Shown piece by piece: positions 30,221-38,406 of a stretch of 59,142 nucleotides of DNA. The notes under the pieces are model-generated. The model did not search any database, was not told the origin of the DNA, and saw nothing but the letters and a program-made list of their open reading frames with translations. The stretch comes from Gammaproteobacteria bacterium (GTDB lineage: Bacteria; Pseudomonadota; Gammaproteobacteria; JAURND01): assembly GCA_029266595.1 (NCBI GenBank), contig JAQSWO010000001.1, forward strand, positions 1 through 59,142. The letters are read 5' to 3'. The first letter of the stretch is position 1. The number at the start of each line of letters is the position of its first letter. The translations under genes and the position numbers were made by a program.

Positions 30221-30493
30221 CTAAAGCACCATCAATATGTGCTGGTTAGAGGATAAATCCCTATAGATGGCATCCAACTGTTCTTGACTCTGCGCATCTA
30301 TGGTCACTGTCAGGGAAAGATATTTATTTCCTTTGCTATAGGCCATATTAATGGCAGATTCGGGCAGAGAGGTAAAGTATTTGCGAAAAATAGCCATAAC
30401 TTCACCTTGAAATTCAAGATCAGCCTTACCGACTATTTTGATGGGAAACTCACAGGGAAACACTAAGGAAGAGGTTTTATCGGTGTTTGACAT
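30221..30493 (-). CDS. ybeD: YbeD family (DUF493) protein
   Basis: 90 aa, with FPCEFPIKIVGK as the family N-terminal signature. Conserved position upstream of lipB. Confidence 0.85.
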   Translation of the reverse strand: MSNTDKTSSLVFPCEFPIKIVGKADLEFQGEVMAIFRKYFTSLPESAINMAYSKGNKYLSLTVTIDAQSQEQLDAIYRDLSSNQHILMVL

Positions 30494-30593
30494 AGTTAGA
30501 GCCTGTTTAGGTCGCTAAGGTAAGATGGAATTTGTTTCATTGAGCAGCTGTGATTACAGCATACGTATCGCTTAGCTCAAATGCACTAACTCG

Positions 30594-30807
30594 CCACTGG
30601 TAACGGTCACTGCCATTAAGTTAAGAGATCTCGGCCATTTGTTGAGGTAGTAATAGGCGTCACGGTAAACACGCATGAGCACATCCGTGTAGCTCTATGG
30701 TGACATCCCTGTCACCAAAGGTTTGCCTTTCAATCCTGTTACTAACTCAACTTAGTGAGAGCGTAATTGGAATATCCCATTGACTAAATGGCAGTGCCGG
30801 TAATGGG
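30594..30807 (+). mobile_element. family-B MITE, second copy, carrying a 26-nt hairpin insertion
   Basis: Outer inverted repeat ggtcactgccatt / aatggcagtgccgg. Core is homologous to 28433-28572 (gttgaggtagtaata...cctgttactaactcaac). The extra segment at about 30697-30722 contains the palindrome GGTGACAtcccTGTCACC. Confidence 0.6.
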
Positions 30808-30865
30808 AACAGTAAAGAAACCGGCGGCACATCCAGAAAAAAATTTAGCACTTCTTAGACTTACA

Positions 30866-30949
30866 ATTGCTTCGCAAAAAAATGCTCGCAAAGACGAGTT
30901 GGTTCTTAATTTGATGCCTATGCGGAAGACCAACAACATAGTTGATCCA
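30866..30949 (+). repeat. family-C repeat, apparently identical by eye to 4671-4752
   Basis: attgcttcgcaaaaaaatgctcgcaaagacgagttggttcttaatttgatgcctatgcggaagaccaacaacatagttgatc occurs at both loci. It contains the hairpin GTTGGTTCTT...AAGACCAAC. About 40 nt of weaker similarity extends upstream. Confidence 0.7.
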
Positions 30950-30970
30950 GGATAATAAAATAAACAGGCC

Positions 30971-31840
30971 CTAGAAGAGGGGAAGTGCGTTTTTATAAGC
31001 CTTATAGAGATCCATCATCCGCAACCATACCTTGCCCACGCACCCGTCGCCAACCACATGGTCGTTAATTCTGACGATAGGAAGGATTTCCTTGGTCGCA
31101 CTGGTAACCCAAACTTCATCAGCATCCCATAAAGCTATCTCAGAAATCTCTGTTTCTCGGCAAGGAATATTATTTTGCGCCGCCAAATCTAAAACAATTT
31201 CTCGGGTGATGCCGCCTAAGATACCGATACTAAGACGAGGCGTGAGTATCTCCCCATCCTTCACCACAAACACATTGCTACTCGCACCTTCCGTAATCAT
31301 ACCGTCACGCACTAAAATAGCCTCTTTAGCGGCAGCCTCTTTTGCTTTTTGTGTAGACAGTACGTTGGGGAGTAACGATGTAGACTTAATATGACACCAT
31401 TCCCACCGCAAATCTTCTGCCGTCACAGCGACCATACCCTGCTTAATCACATCAAAACTAGGCATATCAACAGCAGTCGTTTGCACAAAAATAGTAGGGG
31501 TAATGGAATCAGAAGGGAAGAAGTGGGCGCGGGTGTCTGATACGCCTCTAGTGATTTGCAAATAGACTGTACGGTTATCCCCTTGATCGGGATTGCGGGC
31601 TAACAACGTTTTAAAAATATCAATGAAGAAGCTATTCTCAAATACATAAGGCAAAGAGATACCTGACAAGCTTCTTCGCAAACGATTGAGATGGCCTTCA
31701 AGACCAACTAAGTGCCTATCCAAAAATGGCACTACTTCGTAAACACTATCTGCAAACAAAAATCCCCTATCCATCACTGAGATTTTGGCTTGATCTACAG
31801 GAAGAAATTCTCCATTTAAATAAACAATTCTCGTGGACAT
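30971..31840 (-). CDS. class IV (D-amino-acid / branched-chain) aminotransferase, probably D-alanine aminotransferase
   Basis: VYLNGEFLPVDQAKISVMDRGFLFADSVYEV, the catalytic Lys context HIKSTSLLPNV, and ITEGASSNVF. Confidence 0.8.
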   Translation of the reverse strand: MSTRIVYLNGEFLPVDQAKISVMDRGFLFADSVYEVVPFLDRHLVGLEGHLNRLRRSLSGISLPYVFENSFFIDIFKTLLARNPDQGDNRTVYLQITRGVSDTRAHFFPSDSITPTIFVQTTAVDMPSFDVIKQGMVAVTAEDLRWEWCHIKSTSLLPNVLSTQKAKEAAAKEAILVRDGMITEGASSNVFVVKDGEILTPRLSIGILGGITREIVLDLAAQNNIPCRETEISEIALWDADEVWVTSATKEILPIVRINDHVVGDGCVGKVWLRMMDLYKAYKNALPLF

Positions 31841-33165
31841 TAGCCAATCCCAATGAGATTACTAATAAATAGTTTGACCCTATCGAAAGTTCTAGAAATA
31901 AATCCAGCCTCAGGATTGTCCTCTAATGCAATCAGCGGTTGAGCAGAAACCACCTCTTCTCCCAACATTACTTTAATTTCGCCATATGCTTGGCCCTTAA
32001 CAATGGGCGCTTCCAATGACGGGTCTACGGAAATCGTCGCTTTCAATTTATCAAAACTGCCAACAGGAACAGTCACGTAAAAACTTTGCTGGACGCCCAG
32101 TGCAATGTTAGGCTCCTTACCAAACCAAACTGGAAGTGTTTTTAGGGTCGTGCCGCCCTCATAAAGTTTGCTAGTTTTATAAAAACGAAAACCGTAATTC
32201 AAGAGCGCTTGAACATCTTTAGATCTCTGCTGCGTACTAGGAGAACCCATGACGATAGCAATCAAGCGCATATCTTCGCGCTTGGCAGATGCCACTAAAC
32301 AGTAACCTGCATCATCAGTAAAACCTGTCTTTAAGCCATCCACACTAGGATCGCGCCATAATAACAAGTTACGATTAGGCTGTTTGATATTGTTATAGAC
32401 GATCTCTTTTTGCTTATACCAACTGTAATCTTGTGGGTAATGCTGAATGATGGCTCGGGTCAGGATGGACTGATCGCGGGGAGTTGTATAATTATCAGGA
32501 TCAGGCAAACCTGTAGAATCAGAATAGTGTGTCCCTGTCATACCTAAATGCTGCGCAGCTTGGTTCATTAGCCCAACAAAGCTTTCTTCGGATCCTGCCA
32601 CATGTTCTGACATGGCAACACAAGCGTCGTTGCCAGACGCAACAATAATTCCATTCACCAAGTCTTTCACCGGCACATGCGTGCCTACTTGAATAAACAT
32701 ACGCGACCCGCCTGTACGCCAGGCTTTTTCGCTCACTAATACTTGATCGTCTAAACTGATGCGCTTTGTATTTAGCATCCCTGAGATAACGTACATGGTC
32801 ATTAGCTTAGTTAAGCTTGCTGGTGCCGCCCGTTCATCTGCATTATTTTCAGCAATAACATAGCCACTATCGGCATCTAAAAGGATGTAGCCTTTGCCTT
32901 GAACTTCAGGAGGCGCAGGTGCAACCATAGGCTTGGTGTCATTTACAGAGGGTTTGGGCACAATCGCCGTGCCAACCGCGCTACCATAGGTTGGCGCAGA
33001 GGGAAGAACTTGTTTGGAAAGATTAGGTGCAGCAGGCAGGTCACTTACTTTGGCTGCAGGCTCATTAGACGCTACAGGTTTTTCCGCAGCTAAACTAGGT
33101 ATGGTAAATAATCCAAGCAAAAGGACGCTGGCAAAAAACCCGAGGAGCTTAGAGTATGTTTTCAT
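31840..33165 (-). CDS. dacA: D-alanyl-D-alanine carboxypeptidase (PBP5/6 class)
   Basis: Signal peptide, SxxK motif (PASLTKLMT), SGN motif (ASGNDA), KTG motif (LKTGFT). ATG at 33165, with an alternative TTG at 33177. Confidence 0.9.
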   Translation of the reverse strand: MKTYSKLLGFFASVLLLGLFTIPSLAAEKPVASNEPAAKVSDLPAAPNLSKQVLPSAPTYGSAVGTAIVPKPSVNDTKPMVAPAPPEVQGKGYILLDADSGYVIAENNADERAAPASLTKLMTMYVISGMLNTKRISLDDQVLVSEKAWRTGGSRMFIQVGTHVPVKDLVNGIIVASGNDACVAMSEHVAGSEESFVGLMNQAAQHLGMTGTHYSDSTGLPDPDNYTTPRDQSILTRAIIQHYPQDYSWYKQKEIVYNNIKQPNRNLLLWRDPSVDGLKTGFTDDAGYCLVASAKREDMRLIAIVMGSPSTQQRSKDVQALLNYGFRFYKTSKLYEGGTTLKTLPVWFGKEPNIALGVQQSFYVTVPVGSFDKLKATISVDPSLEAPIVKGQAYGEIKVMLGEEVVSAQPLIALEDNPEAGFISRTFDRVKLFISNLIGIG

Positions 33166-33188
33166 ATATACACTCAAGAAATCTATTA

Positions 33189-33221
33189 CAAAAAGATTTG
33201 CCGGGTGAAGTACCCGGCAAG
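33189..33221 (-). terminator. rho-independent terminator or attenuator after rlpA
   Basis: The minus strand reads TTGCCGGGTacttcACCCGGCAAatcttttt, a perfect 9-bp stem followed by a T-rich tail. Confidence 0.6.
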
Positions 33222-33302
33222 GGAGAAAGGATTCAGTGGTTCACGATAATGGGGCAGTAGCCAATTCAAGCCTGAACGGCATGAAGCAAAAGGCTTTCTA
33301 TT

Positions 33303-34388
33303 CTATCCGCCCACTTCAAAAGGTTTTTCAAATCCATTCTGCGCAAGAACAGCCTGAAGTTTTGTCGACATCTTTTCATCAATAGGGCCTAAGTTCACCA
33401 AATAAATAGGTTCCTTACCACCGCTAGTTTCGGAAGTTTTAACAGATGCTGCCACGTTTGTCAGTGTGGAAACCTCCTTGCTTAGGTTAATAGCCCTATC
33501 CTTTGCTTTAAACGCGCCAACTTGTAAGTAGGTGGAGCGCACCACGTCCTGAGCCAACTGCATCTTCTCTGCATTCTGAGCCACAGTTTTTTCTGGCATA
33601 ATTTTTTCCGGCTCTGGCATCTTCACAGTAACAGTGTTTTTCGCCAACTGGGTAGTCTTTGCACTTTTGAGCATGATTTTCTGTGATGCCATTTTCTCTG
33701 GTTTTGGTATCGCCACTGAATTTTCTGCTAGCTGTATTGCTGGCATATCGGAAGTCTTCCCTACGTAAGCTTTAATACTATCTTCATGCTTTTGTCGAGA
33801 GGCTAACATGGTCTTTTCATCACGCGTGTCTATAGCCGTTACTTTAACTTTTGCCGTACCATGGTTGAGGTAGTCTAATTTTTTAGCAGCCGCATAGGAA
33901 AGGTCTATGATACGGTTTGATTTAAATGGGCCTCTGTCGTTTACTTTAACAATCACGCTACGGCCGTTACTAAGATTAGTCACATGAACATAGGAGGGAA
34001 TAGGTAGCGTGGGGCTTGCTGCCGTCATACTATGCATATCATAGGGTTCGCGGCTTGAAGTCAAACGGCCATGGAATTTTGTACCATACCACGAGGCCAT
34101 ACCCGTCTTCTCATAGCTCGCAGTCGATTTGAGGACGTGATACCGATTGCCCGCGACAACGTAGGAATTGGGGTTACCATAACGGCTCAACTGTTCTGCC
34201 TTGGGTATGGCATCTGGGATATCGTTCTTAGCAGATAGTTTAGGCGGTAGCTCATTCTGATTGGGGGGTGAAGCACAGCCAACAAGTAGTGTAATAGAGG
34301 CAGAAAACAGCACAACTGCAGTGCGCTTAGTATAAAAAGATAGACGTTCTCTTAGGCCTTCTGAAATAAAAAATTTTGGTATTTGCAT
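33303..34388 (-). CDS. rlpA: septal ring lytic transglycosylase RlpA (DPBB plus SPOR domains)
   Basis: Lipobox LLVGC. DPBB core ASWYGTKFHGRLTSSREPYD...VKVNDRGPF. SPOR-like C-terminus YLQVGAFKAKDRA. Confidence 0.9.
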   Translation of the reverse strand: MQIPKFFISEGLRERLSFYTKRTAVVLFSASITLLVGCASPPNQNELPPKLSAKNDIPDAIPKAEQLSRYGNPNSYVVAGNRYHVLKSTASYEKTGMASWYGTKFHGRLTSSREPYDMHSMTAASPTLPIPSYVHVTNLSNGRSVIVKVNDRGPFKSNRIIDLSYAAAKKLDYLNHGTAKVKVTAIDTRDEKTMLASRQKHEDSIKAYVGKTSDMPAIQLAENSVAIPKPEKMASQKIMLKSAKTTQLAKNTVTVKMPEPEKIMPEKTVAQNAEKMQLAQDVVRSTYLQVGAFKAKDRAINLSKEVSTLTNVAASVKTSETSGGKEPIYLVNLGPIDEKMSTKLQAVLAQNGFEKPFEVGG

Positions 34389-34823
34389 TACGTATTCTCC
34401 TTAATCTCCCCCTCATCCTGGGGGCTTCAATAGTCTTACTCAATGGAGACACCATAAGCCACTCTCCTCGCAAAGGTCAAGCCAATCATCGTTCTAACAC
34501 CTATAATCACCCATTTTTTCGGATTAAAGATCTGATAAAGATCATCATTTTTTATCGGTTCGCCAGCTTCGGATCAATTATAATTGATGAAATTTGGAGT
34601 ATTTTTTTGCGTTTTAACTTTAAAAAATTCCATCAACATGTTAAAAAGATCATTTCACTCATCATCCATCGCAAACATGTCTTTTCGAAGGTTTGACTCT
34701 GATGTGAGTAACGATTTTTTATATAAATCTTAAATTTATCTTTCTCCCAATAGTCTCCTAATTTACTTTTCGAAGCACACAAGCGATGCTTATACCTGAT
34801 CGACTATATGAGAGACGCTATAA

Positions 34824-35567
34824 ATGCCTCAGACATTACCCTTAAGCGGTATTACCTGTGCGATTACTCGCCCTGCTCACCAAGCTAAACATCTTTCTCA
34901 ATTACTCAGCGAGGCAGGCGCACGGTGTATTTTGTTTCCGACTATAGAAATCAAACCACTCATACAATACCCCCTTCTATCATTGGCCTACGCAGAAAAA
35001 GTCATTTTTGTCAGTGCTAACGCCGTCATTCCTAATCTTACGCTAAATAAAAACACCGTGGTGTTCGCTATTGGGGAAGGCACAAAAAATGCCTTAGCAG
35101 CACATGGTATAGATGCAATAACGCCAGAGCACGGCCAATTTAATAGCGAGAGCTTACTAAGGCATCCCATGCTGCAATCTGTTGAACACCAGTATATTGT
35201 GATTTTTTCTGGAAAAGGAGGACGTAGATTATTATTTGACACACTCAAGCAAAAGGGCGCCTATGTGCAGCAGGTCCCTATCTATGAACGCGTAAGACCC
35301 CAGACGGATCTGAACAGGCTGGTTCAGGAGCCCATTGATTGGATTATTAGCACTAGTAATGAGAGCCTAGAAAATTTATGGGAAATGGCAGGGTCATCCA
35401 ACCAGCCGTGGCTAATGAAACAACAGCTATTAGTTATCAGCGAAGGAATGAGGAAACTGGCAGGTGAGCTGGGATTCTTGCATTCGGCAGTGGTCGCTAA
35501 TAGCGTTTCTGATACAGCTATTTTTGAGGCATTGTTGTTAGGGCTCGCTTGCCATTCGTCCGAATGA
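34824..35567 (+). CDS. hemD: uroporphyrinogen-III synthase
   Basis: LSGITCAITRPAHQAKHLSQLLSEAGARCILFPTIEI is a typical HemD N-terminus. 247 aa. Confidence 0.8.
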   Translation: MPQTLPLSGITCAITRPAHQAKHLSQLLSEAGARCILFPTIEIKPLIQYPLLSLAYAEKVIFVSANAVIPNLTLNKNTVVFAIGEGTKNALAAHGIDAITPEHGQFNSESLLRHPMLQSVEHQYIVIFSGKGGRRLLFDTLKQKGAYVQQVPIYERVRPQTDLNRLVQEPIDWIISTSNESLENLWEMAGSSNQPWLMKQQLLVISEGMRKLAGELGFLHSAVVANSVSDTAIFEALLLGLACHSSE

Positions 35568-35608
35568 CCGCAAACTTTGGGCAAGGCCTGTTATTATATT
35601 AATCATAC

Positions 35609-36340
35609 CTAGAGTAGGTGCTCTAACCCATAAACTAAAGTTTTTAGGCTGGGGACTTTTTTACAAGCGAGGCAGATACCTGGCATAAAGGCGCCTCTAT
35701 GTAGGGTGTTGTGGGTTAAGGTTAACGTCTCGCCTTCACCACCAAAAATTACTTCCTGATTAGCAATGACACCGGGTATTCTGATGGAGTGCACCCTAAT
35801 ATCCTTATAAAGCCCTCCTCGCGCACCGCTAAGTACTTCTTTTTTCGTAGGGTCTTCTGGCACGCGCGCCCTTACTTCAGCAATCATTTCCGCTGTACGC
35901 ATGGCTGTTCCAGACGGTGCGTCTATCTTCTGGTTATGGTGATATTCTATGATTTCAACGTCCGAAAAGTATTTGGCTGCTTCTGAGGCATAACGCATCA
36001 TTAGTACTGCGCCAATCGAAAAATTTGGTGCCACAAGACCGCCTAAACCTTTCGCTTTGCAAGTCTCAGCAAAATGAGCAACGTCGTCTAATGATAAACC
36101 TGAGGTAACAATCACAGGATGTGCGTTGGATGCGATGATTGTTTGGGTGTTTTGAAAAACGTCTGATGCCGTTGTCAGGTCAACCACGACCTCTGCTTGC
36201 ATCGCTTCTATCATATGTGCGAGATCACTATCTCTATGTGCCTCTCCTGCGAGCACAAGGTCGGGATCTTTGTTGATAGCTTTAACAGCTTCTTGGCCCA
36301 TTTTTCCGTGGGCGCCATTTACGAGTACACGAATAGGCAT
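35609..36340 (-). CDS. dapB: 4-hydroxy-tetrahydrodipicolinate reductase
   Basis: IRVLVNGAHGKMG NAD(P) motif. EIIEYHHNQKIDAPSGTA active-site motif. ATG at 36340; the track extension to 36385 is rejected. Confidence 0.93.
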   Translation of the reverse strand: MPIRVLVNGAHGKMGQEAVKAINKDPDLVLAGEAHRDSDLAHMIEAMQAEVVVDLTTASDVFQNTQTIIASNAHPVIVTSGLSLDDVAHFAETCKAKGLGGLVAPNFSIGAVLMMRYASEAAKYFSDVEIIEYHHNQKIDAPSGTAMRTAEMIAEVRARVPEDPTKKEVLSGARGGLYKDIRVHSIRIPGVIANQEVIFGGEGETLTLTHNTLHRGAFMPGICLACKKVPSLKTLVYGLEHLL

Positions 36341-36344
36341 CACT

Positions 36345-36626
36345 TCACTCAGAAAGGTGTTGTTCAAACAATTGTACAATGTCATGGTTTTGGTGTAACG
36401 CCGCTATATCTAACGGGGTCAAACCGTCCACGGTTTTTGCGTGGATGTTTGCGCCAGCATTGATCAACGCTTGTGCGCAGTCAAATGCATTATTCTGCGC
36501 AGCAAAATGTAAGGGTGTGATTTTTGCATCATCCTGACAAGCATTAACGAGGCTGTCATTCTGGGACAAAAAAACTTGAACTTCTACGACATTATTCTTG
36601 ATAACGGCGTCAATAAACTGATCCAT
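36345..36626 (-). CDS. small ankyrin-repeat protein, about 93 aa from the ATG at 36626
   Basis: Two ANK repeats: ITPLHFAAQNNAFDCAQALINAGANIHAKTVDGLTPLDIAALHQNHDIVQLF. The track start at 36689 is a TTG. The stop lies 4 nt from the dapB start. Confidence 0.75.
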   Translation of the reverse strand: MDQFIDAVIKNNVVEVQVFLSQNDSLVNACQDDAKITPLHFAAQNNAFDCAQALINAGANIHAKTVDGLTPLDIAALHQNHDIVQLFEQHLSE

Positions 36627-36692
36627 AGTTTGGCTCTTATTGTTGTTTATGTGGTTGTCATCCTGACAATTGATGCGAAAATAATTCAATTT

Positions 36693-36989
36693 CTAAATTT
36701 TCAAGACTTTTGGGGATTTTGGTGTAGCGGGTAGAATTGTACGATATTCAGAAGTATGAGCACAATAAGGGTAGGCAAAAACAAGCTTTAACAAATCAGT
36801 ATAGAAATTCTTTAAGAAACCCATATTTTGTTCAAATGCAAGGCCTGCTATAGGGCCCGCAGTGTAATACTTGGTTGCTGGTTGTAATGAGCGCGAACAC
36901 TGTAAGTATGAGCATAGAGCTGCATTTTTGAAAAAGACGGAAGTTTCGAAAGAAGTCAAATGGACACATACCGCCTTGACAGGCTCCAT
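36693..36989 (-). CDS. hypothetical Cys/His-containing 98-aa protein, coding status uncertain
   Basis: An ATG-initiated ORF whose stop lies 3 nt from the TTG start of the ankyrin ORF. No recognisable motif. Confidence 0.3.
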   Translation of the reverse strand: MEPVKAVCVHLTSFETSVFFKNAALCSYLQCSRSLQPATKYYTAGPIAGLAFEQNMGFLKNFYTDLLKLVFAYPYCAHTSEYRTILPATPKSPKVLKI

Positions 36990-37025
36990 GTATGCTCATA
37001 GAATCGCGCCTCTGTCTTTTCGGTC

Positions 37026-37101
<76 letters not shown>

Positions 37102-37133
37102 ACGCGTAAGGTAGAAAAGACATTTCCTGACAT

Positions 37134-37209
37134 GTCCCCATCGTCTAGAGGCCTAGGACACTGCCCTTTCACGGCGGCAACAGGGGTTCGAATCCCCTTG
37201 GGGACGCCA
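37134..37209 (+). tRNA. tRNA-Glu (anticodon UUC)
   Basis: GTCCCCATCGTCTAGAGGCCTAGGACACTGCCCTTTCACGGCGGCAACAGGGGTTCGAATCCCCTTGGGGACGCCA. Confidence 0.95.
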
Positions 37210-37374
37210 TCTTTTTATAGCGTCTAATCAGATCAAAATCTTATCGCGACATACAAAAAAGCACAATAATACCGTGTTTTTCATGAAAAACCCAAATATT
37301 ACCCACAAATTCCAAATAAATGCTAGTATTATGAGTTGAGTTATTACATAATCTGCAGCCTTAGGAGAACCAAA

Positions 37375-37383
37375 TGTTATAAT
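37375..37383 (+). promoter_or_regulatory. extended -10 promoter element (TGtTATAAT) upstream of the cold-shock gene
   Basis: aaaTGTTATAATagc lies about 125 nt upstream of the csp ATG. This implies a long 5' UTR, as is usual for cspA-type genes. Confidence 0.4.
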
Positions 37384-37507
37384 AGCTTGAGCCCTCATCA
37401 TTCTTTTTGGGACGTTAAAGTGGATTTTTTCTCCTATGACACGTTTAGCAGCTTATTTAATGAAACTTCTACCCGTGTTTTATTTTCATCATTTTTAAGA
37501 GGTTTTT

Positions 37508-37726
37508 ATGTCAGATAATCGTGAAATCGGTACAGTTAAGTGGTTCAATAATGCAAAAGGTTATGGTTTTATTGAACGAGAGAAAGGTGGCGATGTTTTT
37601 GTTCATTTTAGTGTTATTCGGGCTGAAGGGCATAGATCCCTCACAGAAGGCCAACGTGTTGAATTCAGCGTAATTACTGGTCAAAAAGGTCTTCAAGCGG
37701 AAGACGTTGTTGTCATCGGAGAGTAA
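37508..37726 (+). CDS. CspA-family cold-shock protein
   Basis: [28 protein letters not shown] contains the RNP1 and RNP2 motifs. Confidence 0.95.
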   Translation: MSDNREIGTVKWFNNAKGYGFIEREKGGDVFVHFSVIRAEGHRSLTEGQRVEFSVITGQKGLQAEDVVVIGE

Positions 37727-37745
37727 TTTTACTGTTTGTTCGAGA

Positions 37746-37772
37746 AAGGCGCCCCTTACCGGCGCCTTTTTT
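37746..37772 (+). terminator. rho-independent terminator after the csp gene
   Basis: aaGGCGCCccttaccGGCGCCtttttt. Confidence 0.8.
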
Positions 37773-37820
37773 ATGTGCTCCGAATTTAATAGAGCTATTT
37801 TGTCATGGAAGGTCCACACA

Positions 37821-38354
37821 ATGAAACGCGCTCAAGCTCTCTTTAATCTCTTCTTTTTGATGTTCCTAATCAGCATCACACTGCCTTCCGTAGCACAATC
37901 ATCAAATGATCGATCCAAACTTGTCCAAGAGCTTAACCAGCATAATAGTGGCGTCCAGGTGATAGCGCACAGAGATACATTAAGAATTATAATGAGTGTC
38001 GACAGATTTTTTAAATTTCCAAGCGACAACAGAATATACCTTCCCAAAAATGCCAGCTTAGATAAGATAGCCATGCTGGTGCGCACTTATGGAAACAGGC
38101 CCATTATTGTGAGCGGGCATACTGATCATGTTGGATCAGATGAATGGAAATTGGAAAGATCAAGAGAACAAGCGGAAACGGTCGCAGGTTATTTGTGGTC
38201 TAATGGCGTTGGCTTAAACAACTTATTGATTCTCGGCTGCGCAGACACTGAACCTGTCTCAAGCAATACTACCGCAAGAGGAAGTGGAGATAATCGGCGC
38301 ATAGAAATAACGATTGGCCTGCGACCGGACCGTATTTATACTACGCGCATTTGA
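37821..38354 (+). CDS. secreted OmpA-family (peptidoglycan-associated C-terminal domain) protein
   Basis: Signal peptide MKRAQALFNLFFLMFLISITLPSVAQS from the ATG at 37821. OmpA_C-like region IIVSGHTDHVGSDEWKLERSREQAETVAGYL...NRRIEITI. The track start at 37707 lies within the csp gene and is rejected. Confidence 0.8.
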   Translation: MKRAQALFNLFFLMFLISITLPSVAQSSNDRSKLVQELNQHNSGVQVIAHRDTLRIIMSVDRFFKFPSDNRIYLPKNASLDKIAMLVRTYGNRPIIVSGHTDHVGSDEWKLERSREQAETVAGYLWSNGVGLNNLLILGCADTEPVSSNTTARGSGDNRRIEITIGLRPDRIYTTRI

Positions 38355-38406
38355 AATTTGTTCTAACAAATATCACCTCAACAAATTTCTTGTGGCTAAT
38401 TTAAGT

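Noticed and set aside
34376-34696. 106-aa plus-strand ORF in the divergent rlpA-hemD spacer
   Set aside because: It overlaps the rlpA start. Its product is Ile/Phe/Lys/His-rich, as expected from AT-rich non-coding DNA, and no RBS is present. The 435-bp spacer probably holds divergent promoters, which I could not define.
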